Positions 61,769-64,000 of a stretch of 64,000 nt of DNA are shown here, piece by piece. Location of the stretch: NCBI GenBank assembly GCA_965237905.1, contig OZ250172.1, positions 2,592,001 to 2,656,000 of the forward strand, read 5' to 3'. Both the position numbers and the translations under genes were made by a program. Origin of the DNA: Nitrospinaceae bacterium (GTDB lineage: Bacteria; Nitrospinota; Nitrospinia; Nitrospinales; Nitrospinaceae). The notes below the pieces were generated by a model that was given only the letters and a program-made list of their open reading frames with translations, did not search any database and was not told where the DNA came from. Numbering within the stretch: position 1 is the first letter of the stretch; each line of letters starts with the position of its first letter.

Positions 61769-62338
61769 ATGAACAACTTAAAGCAGGCTGGAAATAAAAA
61801 TATTCACTTGGTACGGACATCTCCAGATCAATACAAGGGAAAAATAGGGGAAAGTTGGAGAAAAACCCTAAAGGGCATTTTGGAAACGGCAAAATTATTG
61901 GTTGAAGCAGAACTCCATCTCCATAAGGAAGACTGGAATGCACTTCTAGAAGATGGGTTACCATTTCACCGGACCATAGCCTACAAATTGATTAAGGTAG
62001 CAAAGGATAGCCGAATTAACGATCCTGCACATGTGCATCTGATGCCCTCGTCTTATGGAACTTTATATGAAATTGCCAAATTGAAGGATGAGGAGTTTGC
62101 CAAAGCAAAAGAAAGCCATGTATTAAATTCCAAGGTTCAGCGAAAAGACATAATCTCCTTTATAAAGAAAGAAAGAGGACTTGAGAACAAACCAAAAACT
62201 AACCAAACTTCGGGCAAAAAAATTGCGGAATTGTTTGTGGACGAAGAAAAGGTAGATCCCTTAAAAGCACTGAAGAAATTAGCAGAAGTTTTCGCGGAAA
62301 TGGATGGAGTTCATATAAAATACATTCAGGCTAAATAA
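61769..62338 (+). CDS. DUF3102-like mobile-element protein
   Basis: ILETAKLLVEAE..W...L....PF.RTIAYKLIKVA..MPSSYGTLYEIAKL; AAGGA RBS. Confidence 0.6.
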   Translation: MNNLKQAGNKNIHLVRTSPDQYKGKIGESWRKTLKGILETAKLLVEAELHLHKEDWNALLEDGLPFHRTIAYKLIKVAKDSRINDPAHVHLMPSSYGTLYEIAKLKDEEFAKAKESHVLNSKVQRKDIISFIKKERGLENKPKTNQTSGKKIAELFVDEEKVDPLKALKKLAEVFAEMDGVHIKYIQAK

Positions 62339-62354
62339 TTGGCAAAGCGATCAA

Positions 62355-62380
62355 GGGGTCCTGTAATTAGAAAGGACCCC
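62355..62380. terminator. Hairpin between the DUF3102-like gene and the recombinase
   Basis: GGGGTCCT..AGGACCCC. Confidence 0.45.
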
Positions 62381-62450
62381 CTAATCCAATATATTGTGTG
62401 GAATCCATTGCTAATTTAAACTCGAATATTTACACACTTTTTTTACAAAA

Positions 62451-64000
62451 ATGCCAAAAGCTTACTCATACATCCGAATGTCTACCCAAAAGCAGTTGAA
62501 GGGAGACAGCTTAAAAAGGCAGCTTGACTTATCAAAGGAATATGCCAAGCAACATAACTTAGAGCTAGACGAATCTATAAGAGATATCGGGATATCAGCG
62601 TTTAAAGGGAGAAACATCGAGGAAGGAGCTTTAGGGAAGTTTTTAAAGAAGATCCAAGATGGAGAAATCGAAGGTGGATCGTACTTGTTAGTTGAATCAC
62701 TTGATCGGCTATCAAGGAATGATGTCTTGACTGCCTTGAGCCATTTCATCTCAATTATTAATGCAGGGGTTAGAATTGTCACCTTGGCGGACAACAGAAT
62801 TTATTCCACTGAAGCGATAAAAGCCAATTACACAGAGTTAATAATCAGCCTTACCATCATGAGTAGAGCGCATGAGGAATCTTTGCAAAAGAGTCAACGT
62901 GTTTCAAAGGCTTGGGAAAGCAAAAGAGATAATCTGGAGCATAAAAAGATGACCTCAAAATGTCCAGCATGGTTGCGTTTGTCAAAAAATAAAAAAGAAT
63001 TCGAAATCATTGAAGACAGAGCAGAGTTGATCCGCAAAATATTCTCAGATAGCTGTAATGGGATGGGAAATTATTCGATTGTAAGAAACCTGAATGAAAA
63101 AAAAATTAAAAGCTGGGGGAAATCAACTGGATGGCAACCCTCTTACATCCAAAAAATATTGAATAATCGTGCTGTATTAGGAGAATTCCAACCGCATAAA
63201 TTAATCGAAAAAAAAAGAATCCCAATTGGCGAACCGATTAAAACGTATTACCCAAAAATAATCAATGAGGATCAATTTTATGAGGTGAAAGAAGGAAAAA
63301 ATAATAGAAATATAGGCGGCGGAAGGAAAGGAATAAATATATCAAACCTGTTCTCCCAAATAGCCAAATGCGGATATTGCGGAAGCTCTATGCACTATTT
63401 AAATAAAGGCAGGCCGCCGAAGGGAGGAAGGTATTTAGTTTGCGATAAAGCAAACCGAAAGCTCGGATGCTATATGTCTCTGTGGACATATGATGACTTT
63501 GAGATAAACTTTTTAACATTCGTTTCGGAAATCAATTTAGGAGAGTTATTCAAAGATAAACCCGATACCGAAATTGAAAACTTAAATAAATTGCTGACGT
63601 CCAAAAGGCAGGTGTACCAAGAAAATCAATCAAAAATTCAAAAGTTCACTAATCTGTTTTTGGAAATGAAAGAACCCCCAATATCTTTTGCAGAGAATGC
63701 GAAGGCTTTGGAAAGCGAAAACTCCGAGATTGAAATTGAAACTAAAGAGCTAGAGAGAAAAATAACAAAAATTAAAAGCAACCCTCAGGAGATAAAGGAT
63801 TGTCAGGGAGAAATCCAATTGTTTCTAAGTGAATTAAAAAACTTGGAGGGGGATGACCTCCTTATAGCTCGCTCAAAGATTAACCAAAACATTAAAACTT
63901 TAATTGAACGGATTGATGTGTTTTCCGTTGGCTTTGTGCAGGACGAATCGAGAATACGATTTTTGGAGAGTAAATTGGCGGAAATTGGTTTCAATGAGAG
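62451..64000 (+). CDS. Large serine recombinase/integrase (3' end outside the window; not in ORF track)
   Basis: MPKAYSYIRMSTQKQ..GDSLKRQ catalytic Ser; VESLDRLSR; RAHEESLQKSQR; KILNNRAVLG; zinc ribbon CGYCG..C..C; coiled coil. Confidence 0.92.
   Translation, partial: MPKAYSYIRMSTQKQLKGDSLKRQLDLSKEYAKQHNLELDESIRDIGISAFKGRNIEEGALGKFLKKIQDGEIEGGSYLLVESLDRLSRNDVLTALSHFISIINAGVRIVTLADNRIYSTEAIKANYTELIISLTIMSRAHEESLQKSQRVSKAWESKRDNLEHKKMTSKCPAWLRLSKNKKEFEIIEDRAELIRKIFSDSCNGMGNYSIVRNLNEKKIKSWGKSTGWQPSYIQKILNNRAVLGEFQPHKLIEKKRIPIGEPIKTYYPKIINEDQFYEVKEGKNNRNIGGGRKGINISNLFSQIAKCGYCGSSMHYLNKGRPPKGGRYLVCDKANRKLGCYMSLWTYDDFEINFLTFVSEINLGELFKDKPDTEIENLNKLLTSKRQVYQENQSKIQKFTNLFLEMKEPPISFAENAKALESENSEIEIETKELERKITKIKSNPQEIKDCQGEIQLFLSELKNLEGDDLLIARSKINQNIKTLIERIDVFSVGFVQDESRIRFLESKLAEIGFNE

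Larger units (their letters stand above)
61294..64000. mobile_element. Serine-recombinase element integrated in comM (continues beyond the window)
   Basis: Abrupt GC drop at about 61295, truncation of comM, palindromic junction, recombinase gene nearby. Confidence 0.8.

Overview
Bacterial chromosome segment, most likely Nitrospinota/Nitrospinaceae-like (inferred from gene content such as the stand-alone NxrC/EbdC-type heme b subunit; not proven). The housekeeping backbone includes rsmD-mnmA-suhB, speA, lysA, ald, dnaE, ilvD, mutM, hrcA-grpE, xerC/hslV-hslU-argB, tRNA-Gln and tRNA-Glu. It is interspersed with AT-richer accessory genes and several REP-like palindrome families. The left end carries a type IV minor pilin cluster (fimT-like, pilV, pilW and two tandem long pilX copies) with two matching sigma54-type promoters. 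At the right end comM is cut just before its Walker A motif by an AT-rich element encoding a DUF3102-like protein and a large serine recombinase (62451 to beyond the window, absent from the ORF track). The most striking pattern occurs three times independently: a single foreign gene with no integrase or transposase sits between a host gene and a 35-73 bp duplicate of that gene's own terminus, and the copies differ almost only at synonymous codon positions (MBL hydrolase 3' end, radical SAM 5' end, comM 3' end). All alignments and motif calls were made by eye; no database searches were run.
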